Assembly (NCBI GenBank): GCA_043821645.1
Contig: JBDRCO010000108.1
Location: 1 to 64,000, forward strand
Direction of reading: 5' to 3'
Source of the DNA: Pseudomonadota bacterium
GTDB taxonomy: Bacteria > Myxococcota > JACRCW01 > JAFGSX01
DNA length: 64,000 bases
The translations under genes and the position numbers were made by a program. Of the stretch, positions 55,691 through 64,000 are shown piece by piece. How positions within the stretch are numbered: the stretch's first letter is position 1; the number at the start of each line of letters is the position of its first letter. A model generated the notes under the pieces. It was not told where the DNA came from. It was given only the letters and a program-made list of their open reading frames with translations, and made no database searches.

Positions 55691-56497
55691 TCAGGCCGGT
55701 TCCTCGATACCCGAGAACAGATTGCGGCGCGAGAGGGGAGCCGTCGCGAAACGCCAGGCCGCCTTGCCGCCGGTGAGCCAGTGAAAGCGCGCGCCGTTGC
55801 GGTTGTTGCCGAGCATCCTGTCAACCAACCAGGGGCAGACCGTCTCGACGCGGTCGGCGATGATATTGAAGATCTTCTTGGCCTGGGCCCACTCGGCAGG
55901 CTTGCCGCGGTACGGCTCCAGGATCATGTCGGTGATGACCATGCCCGGTGACACGATGCCCACGATCACAGGCGTGGCTTTGACCTCGGCGATGAGCGCC
56001 TTGTCGAGGTAGCGCAGGGCGGCCTTGCTGCTGCCGTAGACTGCGAGCCCTGCCACCTGGCGGCCGTCGCTGCCCAGGCCTTCCATGTTGTACAGCGCAC
56101 CGCTGCCCTGGCCGAGCATGCCGCGAATCGCCACGCTGCTGCCGTGGATGGCGCCAACCACATTGGTCGCGATCACGCTGTGCACGAGCTCGGGCGGTTG
56201 CTCCCAGATCGGCGCCCGCGCCACACCCACGCCGGCGTTGTTGACCCACAGGTCGACGCGACCCCAGCGACTGGCGGCTGCGTCCCACAACGCCTGCACC
56301 TGGTCGACGCGGGAAACATCACAGGGGTAGCCATGAACGCGATCCGGTGTGGCGTACGCAGCCAGCTCGGCGACAACGCGATCCACAGCATCCTGGCCGC
56401 GACCGCTGATGGTGACCGCACAGCCCCTGTCCAGAAAGGCCCGGGCCAGACCCAGGCCAATGCCGCGCGTACTGCCCGTGACGACGACGCTTTTCAT
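55691..56497 (-). CDS. Short-chain dehydrogenase/reductase (NOL/NYC1-like subgroup)
   Basis: TGSTRGIG, NNAG, YNMEGLGSDG, YGSSK and SPGMVITD motifs. Confidence 0.9.
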   Translation of the reverse strand: MKSVVVTGSTRGIGLGLARAFLDRGCAVTISGRGQDAVDRVVAELAAYATPDRVHGYPCDVSRVDQVQALWDAAASRWGRVDLWVNNAGVGVARAPIWEQPPELVHSVIATNVVGAIHGSSVAIRGMLGQGSGALYNMEGLGSDGRQVAGLAVYGSSKAALRYLDKALIAEVKATPVIVGIVSPGMVITDMILEPYRGKPAEWAQAKKIFNIIADRVETVCPWLVDRMLGNNRNGARFHWLTGGKAAWRFATAPLSRRNLFSGIEEPA

Positions 56498-56615
56498 GCT
56501 CCTGCCATGACACAGCGTCGCCACGGATGCAATGGACGGCCGGAGTGGACATCTGCATCCTGGCGCCTAGATTGTGGCTCTCACACGGTACGGGCTGTGG
56601 GCAGCGGAGGACCCG

Positions 56616-57431
56616 ATGGCGCACGACTGCACGAACTTCGAAACCCAGGTCCTGGCCCGCAGCCAGCAGGTGCCAGTGCTGGTCGACTTTTGGGCCGCGT
56701 GGTGCCAGCCCTGCCGCTCCCTCGGTCCCGTTCTCGAGCGCCTGGCCGAAAGCGCCGAAGGTCGCTGGGAGCTGTGCAAGGTCGACACCGAGGCCCTTCC
56801 CGACGTGGCCAAGCACTACGCGGTGCGCAGCATCCCGGCAGTCAAGCTGTTTCACCGGGGCCAGGTCGTGGATGAGTTCGTCGGCGCCCTGTCCGAGGCC
56901 CAGGTTCAGCAGTGGTTGACCAGGGCCCTGCCCTCGCCCTACCGCGATGCACTGGACCGCGCGCGCCAGTTGCTGCTCGAGGAGGGGTATGACGAGGTGC
57001 GGGCACTGCTGCAGCCCATCCTCGACGCGGAACCGCGGCTGGACGAGGCGCGTGTGCTACTCGCCGAGGCCACGCTGCCGTCCGATCCGCGCGTCCTGTC
57101 GACGCTGCTTGAGCCGGTGGACGAGGGTTCGCGTTTCTTCGCCCGCGCGCATGCCCTGAAGACCCTGGCCGAGCTGCTGACCCTGGCCCAGGATCCGGCC
57201 AGCCTGCCAGAAGCGAGCGTGCGCGAGCGCTTTGTCGGAGGAGCACTGGCCGTTCAGGCGGGCCAGCTCGACCAGGCGCTCGAGGCCTTCATCGACGTGA
57301 TCGTGCGCCGCCGCGACTATCACGATGGTGGTGCGGTCGAGGCGTGCAAGGCCATCTTCGAACTGCTGGGGCCGGAACACCCGGTGACTGCGCGGCATCG
57401 CCAGGCCTTTGCCAGCGCGCTGTTCTCCTGA
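56616..57431 (+). CDS. Thioredoxin-TPR chaperedoxin (CnoX/YbbN-like)
   Basis: VLVDFWAAWCQPC, VRSIP.V and F.GAL.E..V motifs; TPR C-terminus ending LG.EHP.....R..F.SALFS. Confidence 0.88.
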   Translation: MAHDCTNFETQVLARSQQVPVLVDFWAAWCQPCRSLGPVLERLAESAEGRWELCKVDTEALPDVAKHYAVRSIPAVKLFHRGQVVDEFVGALSEAQVQQWLTRALPSPYRDALDRARQLLLEEGYDEVRALLQPILDAEPRLDEARVLLAEATLPSDPRVLSTLLEPVDEGSRFFARAHALKTLAELLTLAQDPASLPEASVRERFVGGALAVQAGQLDQALEAFIDVIVRRRDYHDGGAVEACKAIFELLGPEHPVTARHRQAFASALFS

Positions 57432-57565
57432 GCCCGACCCGGTACCAGCCACCACGCGCGAGGAGACCTTTCCTGGCATCGCGACGGGTCCTCGTGCCGC
57501 AGGACTCGCGCGCACGAGCGTCCTGTACTAAGAAAGAACCCAGTGTGTGATGAATGGGGTGTGGC

Positions 57566-59224
57566 ATGGCGGCCAGCGGTCGATACCTGTTTGGAGACTC
57601 GACGCCCTTTCCTCTGAACCAGAACTTCCTGGATCTGTTGCAGGCAGCGACGGACAGCTGTGTGGCCTTGCTGGCGGCAGACGCCAGAGTCGAGAAGGCC
57701 AGGCATGCCACGGTGGTGGCCAGCACGCGCGCTGACGAGGACCTGCGGCAGATCGAGCTGCTGTTCACGGCGGTGGACCAGGCCCTGGTTACCTTTCTGC
57801 CCGAGGATCAGGCCCAGACCGTGTGCGAAGAAACCGCGCAGCGCTTGCACAAGGGCACGCGCACGGCCTTCGAACAGGTGCGGCAACAGGTCACAGCCTG
57901 GCGCGACGCTGCGATTCATCGTGCCGAGCAGAGCGTGGGCCGCGACCGCCTGCTCGGCTCCCTGGTCTCGCTGCTGGTCCACCACGAACTACCGGAATCC
58001 ACCTGGGCCGTGAGCTGGCAAGCCCGGTCCGAGGAACTGGTCGAAGCCCAGGCCGTTGTGACGACGGCACTGGGGCTGCGCGCGCAACTGGAGATCGGAG
58101 TCGCCTCGGACACGCCTTGGGCGAGACCGGTTCGCGTGAGCACCCTGGTGGCGGCCTTGCCCCTGCATGTCCCCAAGAGCGGGGGCTGGTTCCGGAGCAC
58201 CCACCTGGCCACCGAACACCTGGAGAAGTATCTGCTCGCCGCGGTGCAGACCGGAGGGACATCGCGAACCATGCGGCTGTGCAAGACCATGAAGGAGGGA
58301 GCTCCGGCAGTGGAGTTCTACCTGCCCGAGGATCCCGCCGGCGCCATCACCCTGCGGCATTTCGAGGTGGGCGGACCTGTCGAGGGTGACCGCGAGCCTG
58401 TCGACCCTGGAGACGGTCCAGGACTGAACCTGTTGTGGGAGGCCGTGGCGAAGCCCGTGTTGGGGCTCGCGGCACAGCGGCGACGCCTCATCGAGGCCTG
58501 GTTCAGAGATACCCCGGTGGCCCACCTGCCACGACCCGGCGTCGTGTCCGAGGCCATCATCGCCACCCTCGCCCCCCTGGTGCGAGAGCTTCGCGGTCGC
58601 TCCAGTGCGTCGGGCGAGCTCAACCTCAAGGTCGAGGTCCAGGACGGCAAGCGCGAGGAGATCTTCATTCGCGAGGACCTGGTGACCAGCAAGTGGACCG
58701 AGCTCCCGGATCCCCAGCGACAGGTGTTCGAGGCCTTCGGCTTCGGCGAGGAAAGGGCTCTGGAGGTCGATGCCATCGTCGAAAGCCGGGATGCCGACGA
58801 GTTCTCCATCGAGCCCGTGAGCAACCCCGAATTCGACTACGAGCCCATGTCCAATCCGGATTTTCACTACCAGCCCGTGTCCGATGCGGAACTCGGCGTC
58901 GAGCCCATGTCCGACGACGAGGCACTGCGTGTCGATCCGCTCACCGATATCGGGATGGAAGCTGCTGCGCACCCTCCCGCGGGGCTGGACTACCACATCC
59001 AGGCAGACCTTGCCGCCACCGACCTCGAGAACAATCCAAGCGGTCAGCAGGATGTGCCGCTCCAGGCTCCCGGCGAGGAGCAGCCCGCAGCAGCAGCGGG
59101 TTCCGAACCCGGTGAGTTCGTCGCCATCAGTGATGTGGTCTCCCTGCCAGAAGAGGACGTGCAGCAGATCGAGGACGATGAGCCTGTCCCACCTCCAGGA
59201 CCGCGGACCCCTCCTGAAGCTTGA
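57566..59224 (+). CDS. Hypothetical protein with an acidic disordered C-terminus containing four 10-aa repeats
   Basis: Long ORF with coding-like composition; N-terminal YLFGDSTPFP..NF; repeats at 58799-58918. Confidence 0.7.
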   Translation: MAASGRYLFGDSTPFPLNQNFLDLLQAATDSCVALLAADARVEKARHATVVASTRADEDLRQIELLFTAVDQALVTFLPEDQAQTVCEETAQRLHKGTRTAFEQVRQQVTAWRDAAIHRAEQSVGRDRLLGSLVSLLVHHELPESTWAVSWQARSEELVEAQAVVTTALGLRAQLEIGVASDTPWARPVRVSTLVAALPLHVPKSGGWFRSTHLATEHLEKYLLAAVQTGGTSRTMRLCKTMKEGAPAVEFYLPEDPAGAITLRHFEVGGPVEGDREPVDPGDGPGLNLLWEAVAKPVLGLAAQRRRLIEAWFRDTPVAHLPRPGVVSEAIIATLAPLVRELRGRSSASGELNLKVEVQDGKREEIFIREDLVTSKWTELPDPQRQVFEAFGFGEERALEVDAIVESRDADEFSIEPVSNPEFDYEPMSNPDFHYQPVSDAELGVEPMSDDEALRVDPLTDIGMEAAAHPPAGLDYHIQADLAATDLENNPSGQQDVPLQAPGEEQPAAAAGSEPGEFVAISDVVSLPEEDVQQIEDDEPVPPPGPRTPPEA

Positions 59225-59317
59225 CCCCTGCTCTCGCTTCTGAAAGGGTGCGCGAAATTCTCATCCTCGACGCTGCCGGGTCGAACCGTCGCGTTGACTG
59301 GAGCAAGGATGGCACCC

Positions 59318-60445
59318 ATGGCGCATCGTTCATTGCTGGCTCTTGCGCTGTCCCTCGCGATGTTCACGGCCTGCAAGAAGGAGCCGGCGCCGGTCGAGCC
59401 TTCCGCGGAGTCGCAGCCTGCCGGCGTGGCTGTCGCTGACGATGCCCCCGCGTACAAGATCAATGGCGAGGTCATCACCGAACACAGTGTCCAGCAGGCG
59501 ATGGAGGCACTGGCACGCAGCGTCGGTGCCGCACCCGCGATGCTACCACCGGAGATCCAGCAGCGCTTGCGCGAGCGTGCCGAGGAGCACGTCGTCAGCC
59601 GCGCCCTCCTCAAGCAGCATTCGGTGGCGAGCGGAGTCGAGATCACAGATGCCGACGTCGATGCACGCTTTGCCGAGTTCATGAGCCACGGTCCGGCCGG
59701 CAAAAGCGAGGCAGAGCTGCTCGCCATGCTTGGCGTCGACAAGGACACGCTCCGCCGAGAACTCAAGCTGGACCTGCAGATCGAGAAGGTTGTCGACAAG
59801 GTCAAGGCCGAGGCGGCACCTTCCGCCGAGGCGATCCAGAAGCACTACGACGACAACAAGGCGCGTTTCACCAAGGGCGACCAGGCCTCGGCGAGCCACG
59901 TGCTGCTCCGTCTGACGCCCGACGCCGGCGCGGAGGAGGTGGAGCGCGTGCGCAAGGAAGCTGTGGCCGTCGCCGAGGTGGCACGCAAGGGCGACCAGGC
60001 CGCCTTTGCCAAGATGGCCGACGAGAAGAGCCAGGACCCCTCGGCCAAGACCAACCATGGTGACATGGGCTTCTTCGACCGCGGCATGATGGTACCGGAG
60101 TTCGAGGCGCTGGCCTTCACCCTCAAGGAAGGTCAGGTCAGCGATCCCGTGCGCACCAGCTTCGGCTGGCACGTGCTCCGAGGCCAGGGCGTGCGCAAGG
60201 CCGGCACCCGCAGCCTCGACGAGGTCAAGGGTGAGATCGTCGACGAGCTGGCCGGGCAGGCCGTGGCCGAGAAGATGGACGCCCTGGTCAAGGAGCTGCG
60301 CGGCAAGGCCACCATCGAGCGCCTTTCCAAGGTCCCCGAGGCCCCCAAGGTCCCTGCCATGCCCGGCATGATGCAGCTCCCCGCCCCGGCCCCCGCACCG
60401 GCCGGCGAGCCCCCTGCCGCGCCCGCCCCGGCACCCGCGCCATGA
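59318..60445 (+). CDS. PpiC-type peptidyl-prolyl isomerase lipoprotein (PrsA/SurA-like foldase)
   Basis: Lipobox FTAC; ASHVL, F...A...S.D......GDMGFF.RG.MVPEFE..AF.L..G.VSDPVRTSFGWHV motifs. Confidence 0.92.
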   Translation: MAHRSLLALALSLAMFTACKKEPAPVEPSAESQPAGVAVADDAPAYKINGEVITEHSVQQAMEALARSVGAAPAMLPPEIQQRLRERAEEHVVSRALLKQHSVASGVEITDADVDARFAEFMSHGPAGKSEAELLAMLGVDKDTLRRELKLDLQIEKVVDKVKAEAAPSAEAIQKHYDDNKARFTKGDQASASHVLLRLTPDAGAEEVERVRKEAVAVAEVARKGDQAAFAKMADEKSQDPSAKTNHGDMGFFDRGMMVPEFEALAFTLKEGQVSDPVRTSFGWHVLRGQGVRKAGTRSLDEVKGEIVDELAGQAVAEKMDALVKELRGKATIERLSKVPEAPKVPAMPGMMQLPAPAPAPAGEPPAAPAPAPAP

Positions 60446-60517
60446 ACCCCAGAAGGCGTGCCTGATCCGGTCCGCCGCGCTATCCTCGACGCGTCCCTCC
60501 TGTATCGAGGTGCTCTC

Positions 60518-61255
60518 ATGCCTCGCGTCGATGCCCTCTCCACCATCGTGGTGGCCGTGCTCTGTGCCAGCGCCTGTGGCCCCCCCTCAGAGCTTCCGGT
60601 CCTGGTTTTCGACACCCGCTCGGCCCTGTGCATCGACCAGCGTGGCGATGGCACCTGCGACCGCGAGTTCACGGTGTCCGACCCCGTCCAGCCCCTGCGC
60701 AGCGACTATCAGGATCGGATCTCCTATGTCCTGGTGGGTGCGATCAGCCTGAACGACGGCAGCTTCATCGAGCTGCACACGCCCGGAGCCAGCCTGGAGT
60801 CCGCACGCGATGTCGGTGGCGGCACGGTGCTCACCTATTCCGTGAGCACCGATCTGACGAACTGGCCGACGGCGGGAAAAAAGGTGCACATCGCGGAGGA
60901 CAGCAGTACCCATGTCGGCGGCGACGGCCCCACCCACACGGCGTGGGTCAGCCTGAGCTACCGCTACTCGCCGCAGGCCTTCCGCGTCGCCGATCTGCAG
61001 GCCGTTCAGCTCCAGGTCGTCAGCCGCGTGCAGGTGGACCTCCCCGACAACGCGCTCCACAATGACGACAGGCCCGTCGTGTATGGCGGGCGCGTGGACT
61101 TCGACGTCGTGGATCTCATCGCGCTGAGCGCAGGCATGGGGCCCGACAACACCCTGCACCTGGACACCGATCCCCTGTTGCTGGAGCGCTGGCTCGACGG
61201 TAATGACCAGCCCGTCGATAACGTGCAACAGCTGGCGATCTCGGTCCTGCGCTAG
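60518..61255 (+). CDS. Hypothetical lipoprotein
   Basis: Lipobox-like ASAC; beta-rich ORF. Confidence 0.6.
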   Translation: MPRVDALSTIVVAVLCASACGPPSELPVLVFDTRSALCIDQRGDGTCDREFTVSDPVQPLRSDYQDRISYVLVGAISLNDGSFIELHTPGASLESARDVGGGTVLTYSVSTDLTNWPTAGKKVHIAEDSSTHVGGDGPTHTAWVSLSYRYSPQAFRVADLQAVQLQVVSRVQVDLPDNALHNDDRPVVYGGRVDFDVVDLIALSAGMGPDNTLHLDTDPLLLERWLDGNDQPVDNVQQLAISVLR

Positions 61256-61285
61256 GCAGGCGTACCGCCCAGGCCGGCGAGGCGC

Positions 61286-62881
61286 TCAGGGCGCGGCCGC
61301 GAACATCAAGCCGGATTGATAGCGCGTGCTCTTGTACAGGATGCGGGGCTTGCCCGCGCTGTCGAGGGCAATGGCGCAGTTCATGCCGACCTGGGCTGCG
61401 CTGTCGCCGTCGATGACCTCGTTGCTCCACACGCCGGAGACGCGGCGAGCCAGCTTGAGGTTGCCCAGCGAGGTCTCTGTGTAGGCGATGGAGACGTTGC
61501 CCGCGCCGTCGACCGCAATGTCGTTCCAGGCGTTGCCATCACCCACACTGTCGACCGTTGTCAGGGTCCAGCCACCGACGCCATCCGGTGTGGCATGGCG
61601 CAGCACCTGGGTGGTGCGCTGGAAGTACGACAGGTGCGGCGCGTCGCCCTGATCCAGTGCCAGGCTGACGAAACCCGGCTGCCCGCCGCTGTCCACCACA
61701 TCGACATGCCAGCTGGTACCGCTGGGAGAGGCGAGATAGACACTGGCATAGCCGCGCACGAAGGCGATGCGCGGCGTATCGTCACTGGCCAGATCGAGCG
61801 AGGTCCAGATTCCGGAATACGGAGTGCTGTCGACGACCTCGATCTGCCAGGCTCCCAGACCATCGCGCAGGGCGTACTTGAGCTGGTCACCAGGCTCGTC
61901 CCGGTAACTGACGTGAACGCGTCCCTGGCTGTCCACCTTCATCGACGCGTAGCCACCCACCGAGGCCGTGGTCTCGATGCTCTCGAATGCCCAGCTCGAG
62001 CTGCCGTGGATGGCGTGGCGCAAGGCGCCGTGGGCGGGCGCCAGGTAGGTGGCATGGGGCGTGTTGTCGACCTGAAAGTCGAGATTGATGAGCTGCTCCA
62101 CACCGAGCGACAATGTTCCCGCTGCTTCGACCACGGAGCTGCTCCAGGCGCCGCCAGCCCGTCGTCCCCAGGTGAGATCTCCGCTGCCGGTGACCCAGAG
62201 CGCTTGAACGGATCCCGCTCCATCAATGGCCAGGGTGACGTCGTCGGGATAGCCCATGGCCACGGTCTCGACGATCCAGCCCTGGGGCGAGGCACATTGC
62301 CAGCCGCTGTTGCAGGTCGAGGTGCCCGCGCAGGCGCCGCAGGAGGTCGAGCACACGGGGTCATTGCCACACACCCTGCCTGTGCAGTCGGCGTCCCGCG
62401 GGCACACAGGACCGCCAGCACCCCAGCAGGCGTTCATGGCCGTGCTGGTGCAGGCCGCCGCGGTGAAACAGGTGACCTCGGCCGAGGAGAACGCCCCGCC
62501 ATCGCATTGCTGCACACAGGCGACCTCGGTGATCGAGTTGCCGTTGGTGTCGTTGAAGCTGAAGCCGCAGTCATACACATTGCGACAGAGATTTTCGCAC
62601 GACGTGCCCTGGTTGGCGTCGCTCGTGGCCGCATCCGCGACAGCGCCGTCAACGACGCCGGCGTCTCCGCTCCCGGCGCAGCGGCAGGGGTCAAAGATTC
62701 CGTCGGGACGGCACAGCTGGGCCCCGCTGCGGCCATCGGTGCAGGTGCAGGCCTGGCTGGTTCCCTCGACACAGCCCTGGTCCGAAGGCACGGCCGGGCA
62801 GCCGAGGCCGCTCCACCCGGCGAGCAGCATGACGAGGGAGCCAGGGATACAGGACCCAGAGGAAGAGAGCGGCGTCGTCAT
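61286..62881 (-). CDS. Exported protein with Cys-rich modules and a C-terminal beta-propeller
   Basis: C..G.SQACTC..G..G.Q.C, Cys-rich repeat, C.GR.CG.D..C...CG.C, and repeated S.A.D..G.PHISY......L.YA......W....VD blades. AGGAGG RBS before 62881. Confidence 0.75.
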   Translation of the reverse strand: MTTPLSSSGSCIPGSLVMLLAGWSGLGCPAVPSDQGCVEGTSQACTCTDGRSGAQLCRPDGIFDPCRCAGSGDAGVVDGAVADAATSDANQGTSCENLCRNVYDCGFSFNDTNGNSITEVACVQQCDGGAFSSAEVTCFTAAACTSTAMNACWGAGGPVCPRDADCTGRVCGNDPVCSTSCGACAGTSTCNSGWQCASPQGWIVETVAMGYPDDVTLAIDGAGSVQALWVTGSGDLTWGRRAGGAWSSSVVEAAGTLSLGVEQLINLDFQVDNTPHATYLAPAHGALRHAIHGSSSWAFESIETTASVGGYASMKVDSQGRVHVSYRDEPGDQLKYALRDGLGAWQIEVVDSTPYSGIWTSLDLASDDTPRIAFVRGYASVYLASPSGTSWHVDVVDSGGQPGFVSLALDQGDAPHLSYFQRTTQVLRHATPDGVGGWTLTTVDSVGDGNAWNDIAVDGAGNVSIAYTETSLGNLKLARRVSGVWSNEVIDGDSAAQVGMNCAIALDSAGKPRILYKSTRYQSGLMFAAAP

Positions 62882-63121
62882 GAGGAGCCTCCTGAAGAAG
62901 GGCACATGCTCGGAGAGCAAGGCTAGCATATTCTCGACAGCACCAAGCACGGGCGAGGCGACCACGTCGTCGGATTCGCCCCCTCGCGGGCCCGTCCCCT
63001 GCCTGCGCGACGACACGCCTGTGCTTCGCTGGCTCACCAAGTTCCCCTTGGAGTTGAGAAGCGAAACGCGGTACTGGATCCCCCGACTCGAGGGACGATC
63101 GCTGCGCATCCGGGGGCTGGT

Positions 63122-63976
63122 GTGACCGAGTTCTTGCATGCCCTGTTCGCCTTTCCGACGGCCATCTACTCGGGCCTGCTCGGCATTGCGGTCCTGTACT
63201 GGCTGATGGTGATCGTCGGCGCCGTGGACATCGACCTGTTCGGCTCCGGCGCCGAGGGTGCGCTGGAGGGTGTGACCGAGGGCGCCCTCGAGGGTGTCGC
63301 CGAAGGTGCCGCCGAGGGCGTGGCCGAAGGTGTCGCCGAGGGCGTGGCCGAAGGTGTCGCCGAGGGCGTGGCCGAAGGTGCCGCCGAGGGCGTGGCCGAA
63401 GGCGCTGCGGAGGGGGTGACCGAGGGCGCGGCCGAGGGTGCCGGTGAAGGTGCCACCGAAGGGGGTGGCGAGAGCGCCATGGCCGAGATCCTGGGCATGC
63501 TTGGCCTGAGGCGAGCACCGGTCACGGTTGTCTACAGTCTATTCTCGCTCACCGGCTGGGCGCTGTGCATGGCGGGCTCGCTGGTGCTCGAACCCTGGAT
63601 CGGCGGCTGGATTCCGAACTGGCTGTATGGAACAGCGGTGCTTGCCCTGAGTGTGCCCGTGGCCCTGATCGCCACCTCGGTGGGGATACGACCGCTGGCC
63701 CCCATGTTCGTGCACGAGACCCAGCGCGGGCACTTCGCCCTGGTGGGCAAGAGCTGCATCATCACCACCGGCCGGGTCGACTCGACCTTCGGACAGGCCA
63801 AGATAGAGGAGCGCGGCAACAACCTGCTCGTCCAGGTGCGCGCGCCGGCAGGAAACAGGCTGCACAAGAACGTGGAAGCACTGATCGTGGACTATGACCC
63901 GGAGCACGATGCATACCTGGTCGAGCCCATGCAGCAGCTGCTCGAGGAAGGGGCTCGCGGCCCCTCGACGACCTAG
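63122..63976 (+). CDS. YqiJ/DUF1449-like membrane protein with a C-terminal OB-fold (NfeD-like)
   Basis: FPT.IYS.LL....LYW..VI.GA.D.D, LGL...PVTV..S and LVGK.C.ITTG.V...FGQA motifs. Confidence 0.8.
   Translation: MTEFLHALFAFPTAIYSGLLGIAVLYWLMVIVGAVDIDLFGSGAEGALEGVTEGALEGVAEGAAEGVAEGVAEGVAEGVAEGVAEGAAEGVAEGAAEGVTEGAAEGAGEGATEGGGESAMAEILGMLGLRRAPVTVVYSLFSLTGWALCMAGSLVLEPWIGGWIPNWLYGTAVLALSVPVALIATSVGIRPLAPMFVHETQRGHFALVGKSCIITTGRVDSTFGQAKIEERGNNLLVQVRAPAGNRLHKNVEALIVDYDPEHDAYLVEPMQQLLEEGARGPSTT
63254..63469 (+). repeat. 18 x 12-bp coding tandem repeat (EGxx)n
   Basis: EGAL EGVT EGAL EGVA EGAA EGVA... in the loop after the first TM segment. Confidence 0.9.
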
Positions 63977-64000
63977 GCAACGGGCAGAATGCCCGAACGG

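Noticed and set aside
55691-56497. Chlorophyll b reductase implying phototrophy
   Set aside because: NOL-like SDRs occur in non-phototrophic bacteria, and no photosynthesis genes are present here.

Overview
High-GC bacterial chromosomal window, most likely from a Myxococcota-like (former deltaproteobacterial) organism. Supporting signs are a MYXO-CTERM giant surface protein, a PEGA protein, an FHA-GGDEF cyclase, many lipoproteins and the tmRNA tag ANDNVEYALAA. The window mixes housekeeping genes (hrpB, rlmH, rsfS, fni, ssrA, msrAB, typA, a CnoX-like thioredoxin, a PpiC foldase) with uncharacterised envelope genes. Main points: (1) a complete mercury-methylation pair hgcA-hgcB, in which hgcA has an unannotated in-frame N-terminal extension with UGA-UGC (putative Sec-Cys) followed by a SECIS-like hairpin; (2) a four-gene Zorya type III-like operon transcribed divergently from hgcA; (3) a replication-initiator-like winged-helix gene carrying three copies of a 23-bp AT-rich palindrome (upstream, over its start codon and inside the gene); (4) a probable non-canonical ATC start for rsfS; (5) an MsrA-MsrB fusion with an internal ribosome-binding site; (6) a 57-bp tandem repeat after tmRNA. 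Two single-base frameshifts (typA and a lipoprotein gene) and an apparent chimeric junction near nt 280 suggest sequencing or assembly imperfections. All family assignments come from motif recognition by eye, not from database searches.
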